This document shows positions 1 to 10,332 of a DNA stretch of 64,000 bases, piece by piece. The stretch is from the IMG/VR virus record IMGVR_UViG_3300030339_000003, positions 124,001-188,000 of that record, one strand, 5' to 3'. The notes under the pieces are model-generated. The model was not told where the DNA came from and did not search any database. It saw only the letters and a program-made list of their open reading frames with translations. Within the stretch, counting starts at the first letter, position 1, and each line of letters starts with the position of its first letter. Both the position numbers and the translations under genes were made by a program.

Positions 1-365
1 ATTGTGTTTGGTGTATAACCTGCCAAAGACATTTCACACAAAGATTCATCAAGTATGGCATTAGCATACGGATAATGCTTTAACAAACGATCAGTATTAA
101 CATCGCCTAACACGCTCGCAAACCATGCTACTGCAAGAGGATTAGCAACCACGCTGAAACGTTCATCGAATTCACTTTGAGCGACGACTACTTCTTTTTT
201 CTCAAGGCGGTCATGAATAACACGAACCAGCCAAGCAATGTTTTCTTTATGGTTATGCATAGAAAGTTCTTTGAGTGGTTTAAACCATTCGATGTTAACC
301 AGTTTGTCCATGTCTAATGTGGAAGAAGCATATGGTTCTAATTTAAACATTGTTCTTTTACCCAT
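1..365 (-). CDS. hypothetical protein, 5' part (runs off the window)
   Basis: Open minus-strand frame MGKRTMFKLEPYASSTLDMDKLVNIEW... from ATG 365 (or 350) to the window edge; lies just downstream of a terminator-like hairpin. Confidence 0.7.
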   Translation of the reverse strand, partial: MGKRTMFKLEPYASSTLDMDKLVNIEWFKPLKELSMHNHKENIAWLVRVIHDRLEKKEVVVAQSEFDERFSVVANPLAVAWFASVLGDVNTDRLLKHYPYANAILDESLCEMSLAGYTPNT

Positions 366-372
366 GAAGTAA

Positions 373-399
373 ATATTTCCGCCTTTCGACGGAAATATT
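373..399 (-). terminator. intrinsic terminator-like hairpin
   Basis: ATATTTCCG/CGGAAATAT inverted repeat after the stop of the 406 ORF. Confidence 0.6.
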
Positions 400-405
400 A
401 ATTAG

Positions 406-1056
406 TTAAAATTCTTTATCTTCAGTTTTGTAATCGCGTCTGTATTCGCCAGTTGGGCTGGTGATGTCCAGATATTGATTTGCCAGATGATCATTGACAG
501 CTGCCCAAGTCTTGTGCACGTTAACACGTTCACGGAAACTCAGACGACCACCAATTGAATCATGGAAGTGCGTATGAAGCCAGCGATCTTTTTCATCACG
601 TTCTTCTTTACGCGCTACACCATCATTAGCTTGACGGAAGAAATAGTTCTCACGCCCTATGCCATGGTTGTGCGGGCTAAGATCGCCACCATAACCTTCA
701 ATGATTTCATCATCATACAACTTACGAACATTTGGGTTCGCCATGATATATTCGCGCATCAAACCTTCGGCATTTTGCAAACCAGAGATTGTACCCAAAT
801 AACCTACTTCGAAACGACCCACGTATTCGCCCTGACTATCACCTAACAGACGCGCAGAATATTCCCATAACCGAGAACTTACAAATTGTGTAAATTCCTG
901 ATTAAGTTGCGTAGCTTTTTCAGCGATCCATCCAGTTAAACCAGAAGGAACATGTTCATTTTGATTTCCAACATATTGCTGATAAGCTCCAATACTTTGT
1001 TCTGTTTGGGAACCTGCTGCGGCGAAAGCGAATATATCACTACTGTTTAGCGACAT
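406..1056 (-). CDS. conserved-type hypothetical protein downstream of nvRNAP beta'
   Basis: ORF track; AGGAG upstream favours a start at 1056/1062 rather than 1083. Confidence 0.75.
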   Translation of the reverse strand: MSLNSSDIFAFAAAGSQTEQSIGAYQQYVGNQNEHVPSGLTGWIAEKATQLNQEFTQFVSSRLWEYSARLLGDSQGEYVGRFEVGYLGTISGLQNAEGLMREYIMANPNVRKLYDDEIIEGYGGDLSPHNHGIGRENYFFRQANDGVARKEERDEKDRWLHTHFHDSIGGRLSFRERVNVHKTWAAVNDHLANQYLDITSPTGEYRRDYKTEDKEF

Positions 1057-2695
1057 CTTCATCCAACTCCTTTTTGATTGCATTCATAAACATGTTCAAG
1101 TTCATTAAATGCGTGGACGGTAGACCTGCTAGATTACTTACTTTGAATGGGATGTTCTTATCCAAAGTTTGATGATGCCCAAAGGAACCATATGCTTTTG
1201 CTTTTGATTCATTATCTAAATGAATACGGATAGGCATTTGGTCACCATCGAAGTCAGCATTATAAGACGCACAAGCCAATATGCTAATCTTCAACGACTC
1301 ATCATCTAAACTACGGTTTACACTTACCCAGAAAGACTTAATGCTCAAATATTCGTTTGATGGGTTTCGATGTGATTCCCCTAAGATCTTTCTTTCTTTT
1401 TCCATGCGGGCTAAGAAGTCATCAATGATCGGATCTACCGTATACATTGACACGTTCAAATGACGCATAGCTTTTAATGGTGTAAACCCGCGACGATACA
1501 ACATACTTGTCAAATGCACAGACAGCATCGAAACGGCTAACTTCCACGGGATAACAATTTCATTTGGATCTACCAGGCCAGTGATTGACGTAATAACACG
1601 ACGACCAGTTACCGGTAAGTTACCCGAACAAATATGTTTACGACTGATAGCTTTTTTATGGAAGATGCTGCGCTTATTCAGTTTCTTCACATACATATCA
1701 GTCAACTCGATTAACTTACGACCTACAAGGCTTTGGTTAGAAGCAAGTTCACGAGGAGTCAACGGACTGAATTCAGTAGACTTCTTACAACCAGCAATGG
1801 TGTAATAAATCTGTTTGGTTTCGAGCTGACCTTCTACACCCCAAGTACCGCGTTCATTCGTTTCCAAGATGGTCGAATAACGACTCGGCACTTTGATGTA
1901 ATGACAAAAAGCTTTATCTTTAAATTTGGTCCAAAATTCCCAAGCGTCAGCTGCTAGTTCTTTTAATCCTGTAAACTTAGAACCTGGGCCCATGATCAAA
2001 TACTGCATGAGGCGATCAGCGTTCTGGTAAAAGCCATTAATACTGATGTCAGTGATATCCAAATCTTTTAACATGTTCAGTAAAATGATTTCTGTCATGG
2101 ATCCTTTTTTCTTGAATTCACGACGATAAGTGGAATCAATGAAATAACGAGCAACGATTACTTTAGGCGAGCCTTGCTTGTTAATACTGATTGATGTAAA
2201 GAAAGTGTTATAAAAAGAATGACTAATAAAAGCATCCACACCTTCCGGACATTTAATCCACAAACCTACTTCATGTTGTTTATCGTAATGTACTTCTACG
2301 GTATTACCACAGTGACGACAAACAGTACCGCTATTGATGAGATGATTGCCGTGTAACTTACCACAGCTCGGACTACATTGCGCAACAGGCTTAAACGTAT
2401 TACCCACAAATTCTAAACGCGTTAACTGTGACAAACGTTCACGGTCTTCTTCGATGTTAATATCAAAATCGTTTAAATAGATGGGCGTGTTGTTTGCGGT
2501 GTCATGCAAGAAATCATAGTCATCAAAATCAGGATAGAGTGGCCGTATAAGTTCCATGTCATCTTGCAGACGTCCAGGAATACGTGCAGCATATTCATGA
2601 AACTTTGCAATTGGGTTAGGGTCGACCAAATTCTCGGAGGTTAGAATAGAAATAACTTCTGATAGCTCTTTGGTAGGAGTAGGATAAATAGACAT
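1040..2695 (-). CDS. non-virion RNA polymerase beta' N-terminal subunit (phiKZ gp55-like)
   Basis: Catalytic YNADFDGDQ motif, N-terminal Zn ribbon (CSPSCG...CRHC), RNP motif, adjacent to chimallin as in phiKZ gp54-gp55; GGAG RBS before ATG 2695. Confidence 0.93.
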   Translation of the reverse strand: MSIYPTPTKELSEVISILTSENLVDPNPIAKFHEYAARIPGRLQDDMELIRPLYPDFDDYDFLHDTANNTPIYLNDFDINIEEDRERLSQLTRLEFVGNTFKPVAQCSPSCGKLHGNHLINSGTVCRHCGNTVEVHYDKQHEVGLWIKCPEGVDAFISHSFYNTFFTSISINKQGSPKVIVARYFIDSTYRREFKKKGSMTEIILLNMLKDLDITDISINGFYQNADRLMQYLIMGPGSKFTGLKELAADAWEFWTKFKDKAFCHYIKVPSRYSTILETNERGTWGVEGQLETKQIYYTIAGCKKSTEFSPLTPRELASNQSLVGRKLIELTDMYVKKLNKRSIFHKKAISRKHICSGNLPVTGRRVITSITGLVDPNEIVIPWKLAVSMLSVHLTSMLYRRGFTPLKAMRHLNVSMYTVDPIIDDFLARMEKERKILGESHRNPSNEYLSIKSFWVSVNRSLDDESLKISILACASYNADFDGDQMPIRIHLDNESKAKAYGSFGHHQTLDKNIPFKVSNLAGLPSTHLMNLNMFMNAIKKELDEDVAKQ

Positions 2696-2729
2696 TAGCT
2701 CCACCTAATAAAAATAAAAAGCAGTAGTA

Positions 2730-2759
2730 TAAAGGCTGGAGGATAACCCCCAGCCTTTA
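2730..2759 (-). terminator. intrinsic terminator after chmA
   Basis: TAAAGGCTGG/CCAGCCTTTA hairpin, T-tract downstream on minus strand. Confidence 0.7.
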
Positions 2760-2785
2760 CGGTTTTAACTACACTTAACGATTAC

Positions 2786-4732
2786 TTAGATGCTGAAGAA
2801 ATCGTAGTTACCGCCGCCTTGACCATTAACGTCAGAGCCCGCTGCGAAATCAACTGCCAGCGTTGCGCCAGGTGCAAAGATTGCCTGGTTGTTCATGAAG
2901 CTACCGATCAGTGAGCTGGTGTTCAGTGTACCGATACCAGAGAACACTTTACCGATAGTTGCCATGAAGCGAGGATCCATAACACCAACACGACCGAACC
3001 CTGTGATATTGACATCAGTCAGGTTCAGGTTTTCAACCAGCATTACGCGCAGACGCTGTTGACGTGAACGTTCGTTTTCACGGCTGTCTTGATGATAGAT
3101 AGTACGCATGAAGTTCTCAGCGTGCAGGATACCATTAGGACCAGCCATGTGGCTAACTGCCATTTCGTCCAGTTCACGCAGGTTGAAGTATTCGCCGTTG
3201 AAGCAAGCGGTACCGTCAATGATGAGCTGAGGAATGGTGTGGTAAACCGGGTCAGTTGCTTTCCATACGGAATCAGCGCTTGATACATGAGCGGTGAAAG
3301 CGTTGGTGGTGATAGCATCAGCTGCAGTCAGAATGGTTTTGATTGCTGCTGCTTTACGGTCCGGTGTACCCAGGTCGACGATCAGTTTGGTCAGCGCAGA
3401 GTTGATGTTGCCTGGCAGAACCGGAACTGTGAAGATTGCTGATTGCATGATGTGGAAACGAATCCACTGGTTAACCGCATCAATGTCCAGGCTAGCTTTG
3501 CTATCCAGTTTGACGGAGTTAGTACCGACGATACGTTGAACGTTGTTGTCGCGAACGTATTTGTCCAGACGTGGTTCCAGAGAAGCCAGGCTACCACGAA
3601 CACCGCATTTAGGACGACGCAGAACGTCACCGAATGCATAACGGTTGTTAGAACACATCAGGACAAACAGACCCATCAGCCATGGAACGATACCACCATT
3701 CGAGTTCATCTGCGGACCGGCTACTGCGCAATCCAGAGAGATCGATGGACGGTAAGGTTTCCAGCCATCCGGAGTCATACCTTCGTTAAACATTGGACGA
3801 CCCTGGGTGCGACGCAGAACGTTAATGTGGTCCTGATAACCGTAAGGAATCAGAGACACGTTAGCGTAAACGCGGCAAACTTCGCGTGGCGCATTTTCAG
3901 GGTTGTTGCTGTTTTGGTTTTGACCGTTGGTGGTGATAACCTGAACTTCCATGTTGGACGGCAACAGAACACCATTGTCACCCAGCTTGGCAGTTACTGG
4001 CAGAATACGCGCATCTGCAGTTTGGTTAGGACCGTACGGAGATTTACCATGGAACACGTTCGGCAGTTGTTTGCCACGAGCACCGGCTTCAGCTGTCATC
4101 TGCGCCATGACGGAAGTTTCCCATTCACGGTCGATGTACTGAGTGATGCGTTCTACCAGTTGCTTTTCGTCGTTACGAACGTCGAAGTAGCTTTCCAGTG
4201 GAACGATGCCGTGGCCGATTTGAACGATGTTCAGATCATGACCTTGGTTCTGACGCAGGGAGTTTTCCAGCGCCAGTGTCAAATTACGACCGATGTACGC
4301 AGAAGGTGTACGAGGTACAGATACACGTTGCTGATTCGCGGCATACATCTGAACTTCTTCAAAGTCAACGATCTGATCTTTGGAGTGGAACAGGAATGGT
4401 GCGAAATAAATCGTACGACCGATTTTGGTCCAGAGCAGCAGGCCAGGCAGCACTGGTGAGATATTGGCATCGATAATATCCAGGTTCGGAACGATACCGG
4501 CTTTAGCGGTGTTGAGGCGATCTGCTTTACGACCTTCGAACAATTTCTTCAGACTTTCAGAAGCCAGGTTGATTTCACGGATATTACGGCCCGCGAAAGA
4601 ACTTGAAGTCTGAGTCATCAGCTCCATCATTTCTAACAGATCATTTGAACCACCGGCAGCAGTTTTATTTGCATTGTTGCCTTTAGCTTGTTCGTCCGCG
4701 CCCCAAGAAGTGTTATCGCTATTTACGCCCAT
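2786..4732 (-). CDS. chmA: chimallin, phage nucleus shell protein (phiKZ gp54 / 201phi2-1 gp105-like)
   Basis: ~650 aa, between the DNA polymerase block and nvRNAP beta' (invariant synteny in Chimalliviridae), highly expressed codon bias, own TATATTAC promoter, flexible N/C tails. Confidence 0.85.
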   Translation of the reverse strand: MGVNSDNTSWGADEQAKGNNANKTAAGGSNDLLEMMELMTQTSSSFAGRNIREINLASESLKKLFEGRKADRLNTAKAGIVPNLDIIDANISPVLPGLLLWTKIGRTIYFAPFLFHSKDQIVDFEEVQMYAANQQRVSVPRTPSAYIGRNLTLALENSLRQNQGHDLNIVQIGHGIVPLESYFDVRNDEKQLVERITQYIDREWETSVMAQMTAEAGARGKQLPNVFHGKSPYGPNQTADARILPVTAKLGDNGVLLPSNMEVQVITTNGQNQNSNNPENAPREVCRVYANVSLIPYGYQDHINVLRRTQGRPMFNEGMTPDGWKPYRPSISLDCAVAGPQMNSNGGIVPWLMGLFVLMCSNNRYAFGDVLRRPKCGVRGSLASLEPRLDKYVRDNNVQRIVGTNSVKLDSKASLDIDAVNQWIRFHIMQSAIFTVPVLPGNINSALTKLIVDLGTPDRKAAAIKTILTAADAITTNAFTAHVSSADSVWKATDPVYHTIPQLIIDGTACFNGEYFNLRELDEMAVSHMAGPNGILHAENFMRTIYHQDSRENERSRQQRLRVMLVENLNLTDVNITGFGRVGVMDPRFMATIGKVFSGIGTLNTSSLIGSFMNNQAIFAPGATLAVDFAAGSDVNGQGGGNYDFFSI

Positions 4733-4836
4733 TTTAAACTCCATTGTTTTACAATTGTTTGATTATTTGATATTACATTCGAATGTATTACATATAGATA
4801 CTATCGCAATTAAATAATATTTATTGTTTATACACT

Positions 4837-4856
4837 TAAGTAATATAGACTTGAAA
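4837..4856 (-). promoter_or_regulatory. early (virion RNAP) promoter, TATATTAC motif, for chmA
   Basis: Minus strand TTTCAAGTCTATATTACTTA; TATATTAC is the reported phiKZ early promoter core. Confidence 0.8.
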
Positions 4857-4997
4857 TATATTTGGGTTCAGCAAAAATACTATGTGAATGGTAAAAATTG
4901 CGTACGTCCCCAAATGTCAATGCAGATATCTGCATTAGTTTACATATAATTATACCATATAGTAAATAAATATTTATTTGTTTACAAGGATGCCTTT

Positions 4998-6095
4998 ATG
5001 AAATCCCTGTTACTTGATTTGATTAATACTCCTACTCAAACTAAGTCGTATCCTTTAATGGGTAATATAAACCGGATTAGCCAATATAACATCGATAAGC
5101 AGTTCCGTTTTATTTTATCTATGCCTTATAATCAGGAAAACCAAAACGTCTTAGTTGGGTTGTTACAAAACCTCAGTATCGATCCTGAGTGGGAATTGGA
5201 TTACGTGGTTGCTTATAGCCGTTTACGTTCTGGTTCGTTATGTTCAGCGTTTAATGTGAATAGTCAAAGTAAAAATGCGACTGCTACTAAAAACGTTGTC
5301 TATTATAATGGTTGTGACGAAACGTTATGTCTATTAGAAACAGATAAGGTTTACGACCCCGCAGTAACTTACAGTGACTTAAAACCACTTGTTCCTTTAT
5401 ACACCTCATTTGCGCTCTATACTTATAACCCTCCAGTAGAAAGATACAAACAAGAACAACTTAATTTAAAAGACCAATATGCTATCCTCGGATTAAATAT
5501 CGTTGAACTCGCTATTGGTTGGTGGTTGTTCATGAAAGACCCTGCTTTTGAAGGACTGGGTATTCACGCATATATTGCTAAAGTCGTTACTCCACGGTTT
5601 GGAATACTGTCTAACGAATTAGCTTTGTTTAACGGCGTGTATGACTACTACGTCAATCAATCAAGTAACACTGACTTATTGCTTACCGAATCTGTTGTGT
5701 TCAACACCATGTCTTACATGGACGGTATTAGCAAGTATGTGAGTTATCTGATTGATACTTTAAAAGATGCTCCGTTAAAATCTCATCTGCATTTGTATCC
5801 TTACTTTGAAGGTCGTTTAATCCCTCATTTATCTTTTTTGTTTAATACTGATGCTTATAAAGGAAAGTATTACGAAAACGTTATTTGGTGTTTAGAAGCA
5901 AGTGCGATTAAGTATTTGTCTTTGTACTTTGCTATTATTAACGATCAAGGTAAGAAAGCAGGTGGTGAACGTTCTATGTGTTTACAAACGATTCCTTTAA
6001 TCATTAATCGTTATAACCACATTAAGAATGTTAAATTACGCGAACATTTGCTGGTTCAATTGAAACAGTTACTTGACTTAGCTAAAATAAATTAA
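4998..6095 (+). CDS. conserved-type hypothetical protein (phiKZ gp52-like position)
   Basis: 365-aa ORF with AAGGA RBS; lone plus-strand gene between chmA and DNA polymerase. Confidence 0.7.
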   Translation: MKSLLLDLINTPTQTKSYPLMGNINRISQYNIDKQFRFILSMPYNQENQNVLVGLLQNLSIDPEWELDYVVAYSRLRSGSLCSAFNVNSQSKNATATKNVVYYNGCDETLCLLETDKVYDPAVTYSDLKPLVPLYTSFALYTYNPPVERYKQEQLNLKDQYAILGLNIVELAIGWWLFMKDPAFEGLGIHAYIAKVVTPRFGILSNELALFNGVYDYYVNQSSNTDLLLTESVVFNTMSYMDGISKYVSYLIDTLKDAPLKSHLHLYPYFEGRLIPHLSFLFNTDAYKGKYYENVIWCLEASAIKYLSLYFAIINDQGKKAGGERSMCLQTIPLIINRYNHIKNVKLREHLLVQLKQLLDLAKIN

Positions 6096-6098
6096 CTA

Positions 6099-6128
6099 CT
6101 AACTAAGGGGCTTGCGCCCCTTAGTTAG
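6099..6128. terminator. bidirectional terminator between convergent genes
   Basis: CTAACTAAGGGG/CCCCTTAGTTAG inverted repeat. Confidence 0.75.
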
Positions 6129-6131
6129 GTA

Positions 6132-8213
6132 TTAGTGTTCATCTGACACTAAACGCGTTATGTTTTTGTTCATCATATAAAGACCAGCAGATTCCAATAC
6201 CGCATACACCGATTTCAAGTTCTGTTTTACAATTCGTCTAATATCAGTACCCTTAATGATTTCAGAAGGGATAGTCTTGATACTTAACAAGTTATCGACA
6301 GGAACATAAAACGTGGTGAGCTTATCTTTGCCTAATGATTCTAAATGTGATTTTAAACGTTGTGATATTTCGGAATCGCCTAATAAAGCAAAGTAATCCG
6401 CTAAACGTGCTTTACTGGTTAAATCAGTTGATACCTTAACACCCACATAAGGAATAGGTGGAGCTGCACCGTATTTGTCAGCAAACACTTTTTCCCACAA
6501 CACGTGGTATTGATAAACAGATATTTCTGGGTCACTATAAACGTCTGCAGCTTTAATAGTTGATTTGCTCAACCAACTCCAATCACCTACCGCAACACCA
6601 TCAATGATTAATCTTTCCAGTTCTGCTATGTTGTGCAACAGAATAGAAGGATCCATTTTGGTTTTGTAATAAATAGCATCTAAGATATCACGCATGAGTT
6701 TGTGCGCAAAGTCTTTAATCATAATTGCTACTTTAGACGAACGTAAGTGAACACCTTTGATTTCCATCTTAGGTTTGGAGTTAATGACACCTTCTTGAAT
6801 CAATTGAGTCGCATAATAGTGTTTTGACATCGGAGTAGTAACATATGAACCGAATAAGTATTCGTTCTTCATATTTAAGTTATACAAGTTCGCGTCAGAC
6901 ACGTTCATGTTTTTACTTAACTGCGCATGCTGATGTACTGCCATCATACGGATGAAGTAAGTCAATACACCGTTAAGTTTAATCATTTGATCTGGGTCGT
7001 TACCATAAAGGTCGGTAACATCATCCGCACTATAAATGGATGAGTCAGTATCAGATGTCAATACTGCTTCACGAACCATTTCAGTAACGCTATAAACATC
7101 ATTGATAGCAGTCTTCGTTTTAAAGAACACTTCAATGAAATCGTACCATTTCTTTTCAACTTCTAAATGGATTGCGTTTAATGCGTTGATTTCTGCTTTA
7201 GATGGATCGTTACCCAGTTTGGTAATACACAACGTGTAATAGTCGCCATTGGCTGGCGCCGGATAATCTTCGGCTTTGGCATCTTTAGGCAACTTAGGCA
7301 TTTGCATCCAGTCGTCTAAATACGCTTTAATAACCGGTCGGTTAGTTGAGAACAAACCAGTTAAGTCACCAATACACAAGATCGCAGTTAATTCATCAGG
7401 ACGCAACATACCCACAAACGATTCAATCTTTTCGTATTGATCTTTGTTTGTAGAATAATAGTTAGTGCAACGTTTAACCATTGCCATAACGTGTTCAGCT
7501 GTTGCGTGAACCATGTTAAGTTTATTCATTACTTCATTTAACTTAACAAAGTTTGTCGATTTCAATACCGATATAAAGTGTTGTATTGTTTTCTTATAGT
7601 TGATAAACAATCGGTTACCATTAAGTAAACGTTCATTCATCAAGTTAACTGTGGACGTTACCGTGCGACAAATACTCGTTAACGATGTATGCCCGGACTT
7701 ATTACGAATTGGTGTACCGTTTGACGACATTGCTCCTGATTGAGCATTGTTAAAGATCTTTAAAGCATTCTGTACTTCGTTAAAGGTTTTGTAACCGTAG
7801 TCGTCATGCGCGATACTGGCTTCTTTACGTAACCCTTTATACTTCTTGCGATCTCCAATCCATTTCTTGGTACCAATCGCATTTACAGAAGGTGTTTCGT
7901 CATAGTTGGTATATCCAACAAATGATGGTGATAAGTGCAGATTCTTTTCTTGCACTTCTTCGAAAAATTGGCTTGCCGGTTTAATTTCTACTACACGATC
8001 GCCATACTTGTTCTTTTCTAATACCTGAAATTTAATTTCTTTAAAGCCATTTTTGCCAGGTTCAAAAACTTTTCTCACCCAAGGTAAGAGTTCCGCTTCT
8101 GATTTATTATAAATCTTAGAAAAGTAAAATGCGATTTGCGAATGATAGAAATTTCTGAAGTCTCGGTTAGCTGTGTACTTTGCGTCAATAAAAGGATTAA
8201 CAAGTGTAGACAC
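6132..8213 (-). CDS. family B DNA polymerase, polymerase-domain subunit (phiKZ gp50-like)
   Basis: Motif B-like QNALKIFNNAQSG, motif C-like LTSDTDSSI, KHYYA...KGV; synteny. Confidence 0.88.
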   Translation of the reverse strand: MSTLVNPFIDAKYTANRDFRNFYHSQIAFYFSKIYNKSEAELLPWVRKVFEPGKNGFKEIKFQVLEKNKYGDRVVEIKPASQFFEEVQEKNLHLSPSFVGYTNYDETPSVNAIGTKKWIGDRKKYKGLRKEASIAHDDYGYKTFNEVQNALKIFNNAQSGAMSSNGTPIRNKSGHTSLTSICRTVTSTVNLMNERLLNGNRLFINYKKTIQHFISVLKSTNFVKLNEVMNKLNMVHATAEHVMAMVKRCTNYYSTNKDQYEKIESFVGMLRPDELTAILCIGDLTGLFSTNRPVIKAYLDDWMQMPKLPKDAKAEDYPAPANGDYYTLCITKLGNDPSKAEINALNAIHLEVEKKWYDFIEVFFKTKTAINDVYSVTEMVREAVLTSDTDSSIYSADDVTDLYGNDPDQMIKLNGVLTYFIRMMAVHQHAQLSKNMNVSDANLYNLNMKNEYLFGSYVTTPMSKHYYATQLIQEGVINSKPKMEIKGVHLRSSKVAIMIKDFAHKLMRDILDAIYYKTKMDPSILLHNIAELERLIIDGVAVGDWSWLSKSTIKAADVYSDPEISVYQYHVLWEKVFADKYGAAPPIPYVGVKVSTDLTSKARLADYFALLGDSEISQRLKSHLESLGKDKLTTFYVPVDNLLSIKTIPSEIIKGTDIRRIVKQNLKSVYAVLESAGLYMMNKNITRLVSDEH

Positions 8214-8291
8214 GTTATACCTCAGAAATGAAAAAAAAAGAAATAAGTTAATGTACAGTTCCCTATTATGGGAACTGTAGCATTTTTATAA

Positions 8292-8708
8292 TTAGGATGG
8301 GGAAGTATCTTTGCTAAAGAAGGAAGCGCCTAAGTTGTTCAGCGTGTTTTCGATAGTCGGACGCATGTATTCTTGGAAATTGGTGATCACATACGTTTCT
8401 TGTTTGTTCTGGATTGATTTCCAGGTGGAGTCCAACACCCACGGAATACCCACAACCCTTTGATTGCCATTTGCATCCGCATAAGCAAAGTAATCGTATT
8501 TGGCCGGGTTATCAATGTTGTCAACTTTATCTTTAAAGTACTGATAAAAGTTGGCGTGCTTGGAATTGATATCAGGTGATAATTGGACCGCTAACGCATA
8601 ATCCATCACACCCGACGTCAGTGTTACTCCGGTGCGTTTACCGCCATCAATGGTATCGTTGACCAAAGAAAAGTCAACGGTATCACCTTTGGTAATCGTA
8701 ATCGTCAT
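8292..8708 (-). CDS. conserved-type hypothetical protein (phiKZ gp49-like position)
   Basis: ORF track; ATGA overlap with upstream gene; terminator hairpin 8254-8279 follows. Confidence 0.75.
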   Translation of the reverse strand: MTITITKGDTVDFSLVNDTIDGGKRTGVTLTSGVMDYALAVQLSPDINSKHANFYQYFKDKVDNIDNPAKYDYFAYADANGNQRVVGIPWVLDSTWKSIQNKQETYVITNFQEYMRPTIENTLNNLGASFFSKDTSPS

Positions 8709-9034
8709 ACATTCATCTCATAGGTTATTAACGGCAACGTAAAATCAACACCGTTAAGATGGAAAACGAAAGGTGTGTTAAATGAAAGTCGAGCATGAAC
8801 AGAATGTTTTTTGTTCAGCATGACTACTGCACCTTCCATGATAGTTTCGTAAAGCGGAGTCACGATACCTTCAGTTTCTGCCAGTTCAATAGATGTGTTT
8901 AATAACTCATAAGCGTTTTTGCCGTCGTAACACTGTAACGGCAAATCGTTTTCAGAAGCTAAGGAATCTAATTGTTGTATTAATTTGGCATACGTTGCTC
9001 GTGAAGTGTTTGTATAAGAAAGACCCCACACCAT
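8705..9034 (-). CDS. hypothetical protein
   Basis: ORF in tightly packed operon. Confidence 0.7.
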   Translation of the reverse strand: MVWGLSYTNTSRATYAKLIQQLDSLASENDLPLQCYDGKNAYELLNTSIELAETEGIVTPLYETIMEGAVVMLNKKHSVHARLSFNTPFVFHLNGVDFTLPLITYEMNV

Positions 9035-9037
9035 GTT

Positions 9038-9340
9038 TTATTTTCCTACTTTGAAATATACATGCGCCTTGTTACCCATGATTTTGATATCTTGAACTTC
9101 CAAATTGCCATGGTCGTTTTTCATGCGGTAAAGTTGCAAGTCCATGTTTTTAAAGTCCTGCTCCAGCATCTCCTGACACTTAGGAATGCCGTTGTGGAGC
9201 TTTTCGTATTTGCTGTTAGTATTATCAGGCAATACGTTTTTAATGCCGTGCGCGTTAAACAAAGCACGATAATGAAACACAAAGTTATCGAGATCAGTGT
9301 TCAACGGAAAATTGATAACGGTTGAAATAACGTTATTCAT
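9038..9340 (-). CDS. small hypothetical protein (putative paralog array)
   Basis: ORF in tightly packed operon, GGAG RBS. Confidence 0.7.
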   Translation of the reverse strand: MNNVISTVINFPLNTDLDNFVFHYRALFNAHGIKNVLPDNTNSKYEKLHNGIPKCQEMLEQDFKNMDLQLYRMKNDHGNLEVQDIKIMGNKAHVYFKVGK

Positions 9341-9644
9341 TGATATGTACTCCGGCAGTTGTTACGCGATAATTAATAACGTCAGTGGTTTTCAAAACAA
9401 TTGCTATTTGATTTTTCAATGACATTAAATGAGGTTTGATGGCGAGTGTAACCATGGCGACGCCTAGATCATCCCCCATATAGTTTTTTAATGCTAAGTC
9501 AACATCGTCAGGCTTTTCACTTAACAATGCCGTCACAATAGATGTAGCCAATCCGGTAGACATTGCCATGCCGTCATGGTGTTGGGCATTTATTGCGTTA
9601 ATAAGTTGGTGCATCGGTATAAATTGTTTCTTTATTTTATCCAT
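9333..9644 (-). CDS. small hypothetical protein (putative paralog array)
   Basis: ORF; visible similarity to 9632..9937. Confidence 0.75.
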   Translation of the reverse strand: MDKIKKQFIPMHQLINAINAQHHDGMAMSTGLATSIVTALLSEKPDDVDLALKNYMGDDLGVAMVTLAIKPHLMSLKNQIAIVLKTTDVINYRVTTAGVHINE

Positions 9645-9937
9645 AATAACAATCCTGTATTTGTCACGTCAAAGTCAATTAAATTAGGTTTGACATTTTG
9701 GACGTGATAATGTAAACTTTTAATTTCTTTATGTACGAGTAAATGCAACTTTCTTGTTGTTTCTGGATTACCGCATAATGCAGTCAATTTCGGCAAAGGG
9801 TCATCAATATTGTTTTCTATTAAATCACCTACGTAGGACCGTATAAACCATTGACCCCATTCGCACCATTCTCCATCTGGCACATTAGCATTAATCTTTT
9901 CAATTAATTTGTATGCAAACAGATATTGTAATTTCAT
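9632..9937 (-). CDS. small hypothetical protein (putative paralog array)
   Basis: ORF; visible similarity to 9333..9644. Confidence 0.75.
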   Translation of the reverse strand: MKLQYLFAYKLIEKINANVPDGEWCEWGQWFIRSYVGDLIENNIDDPLPKLTALCGNPETTRKLHLLVHKEIKSLHYHVQNVKPNLIDFDVTNTGLLLWIK

Positions 9938-10332
9938 AATGTTGCCTTAGGATACGACACAATCCATTGATTATGGGTAATAAAGGAAACACGTATTGGG
10001 CGATCAAAATAGTTTATACCTAGAAACCCCAATATGATATCGCGTATTTTTAATAAGATCTCGTCTACAATTTCTAAACGATCTTCTTCAAAATAAGCAT
10101 GGCGAAAAGATTTGGTTGTGTATTGTTGTTTAACGTAAGTCTTATTACGATAATAACACAATTCATTTGCAACTGATTGATAAACCCCAGGAAGAAAGAA
10201 AGATGAAGATAATTCGTGATAATGCTGTGGCGTATGATTATTGACCAGGTCAGTTACGGTATAGTCAATTGACCGTAAATCTACCATGAAACTGATTAAT
10301 GGTTCATTTTGATTTTGGGATTTGTTTATCAT
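9934..10332 (-). CDS. small hypothetical protein (putative paralog array)
   Basis: ORF overlapping both neighbours. Confidence 0.7.
   Translation of the reverse strand: MINKSQNQNEPLISFMVDLRSIDYTVTDLVNNHTPQHYHELSSSFFLPGVYQSVANELCYYRNKTYVKQQYTTKSFRHAYFEEDRLEIVDEILLKIRDIILGFLGINYFDRPIRVSFITHNQWIVSYPKATL

Noticed and set aside
1040-2704. Intron in nvRNAP beta' (as reported for phiKZ gp55)
   Set aside because: The ORF is continuous from the Zn ribbon through NADFDGD
3443-4459. 338-aa plus-strand ORF
   Set aside because: Antisense shadow of the strongly codon-biased chmA
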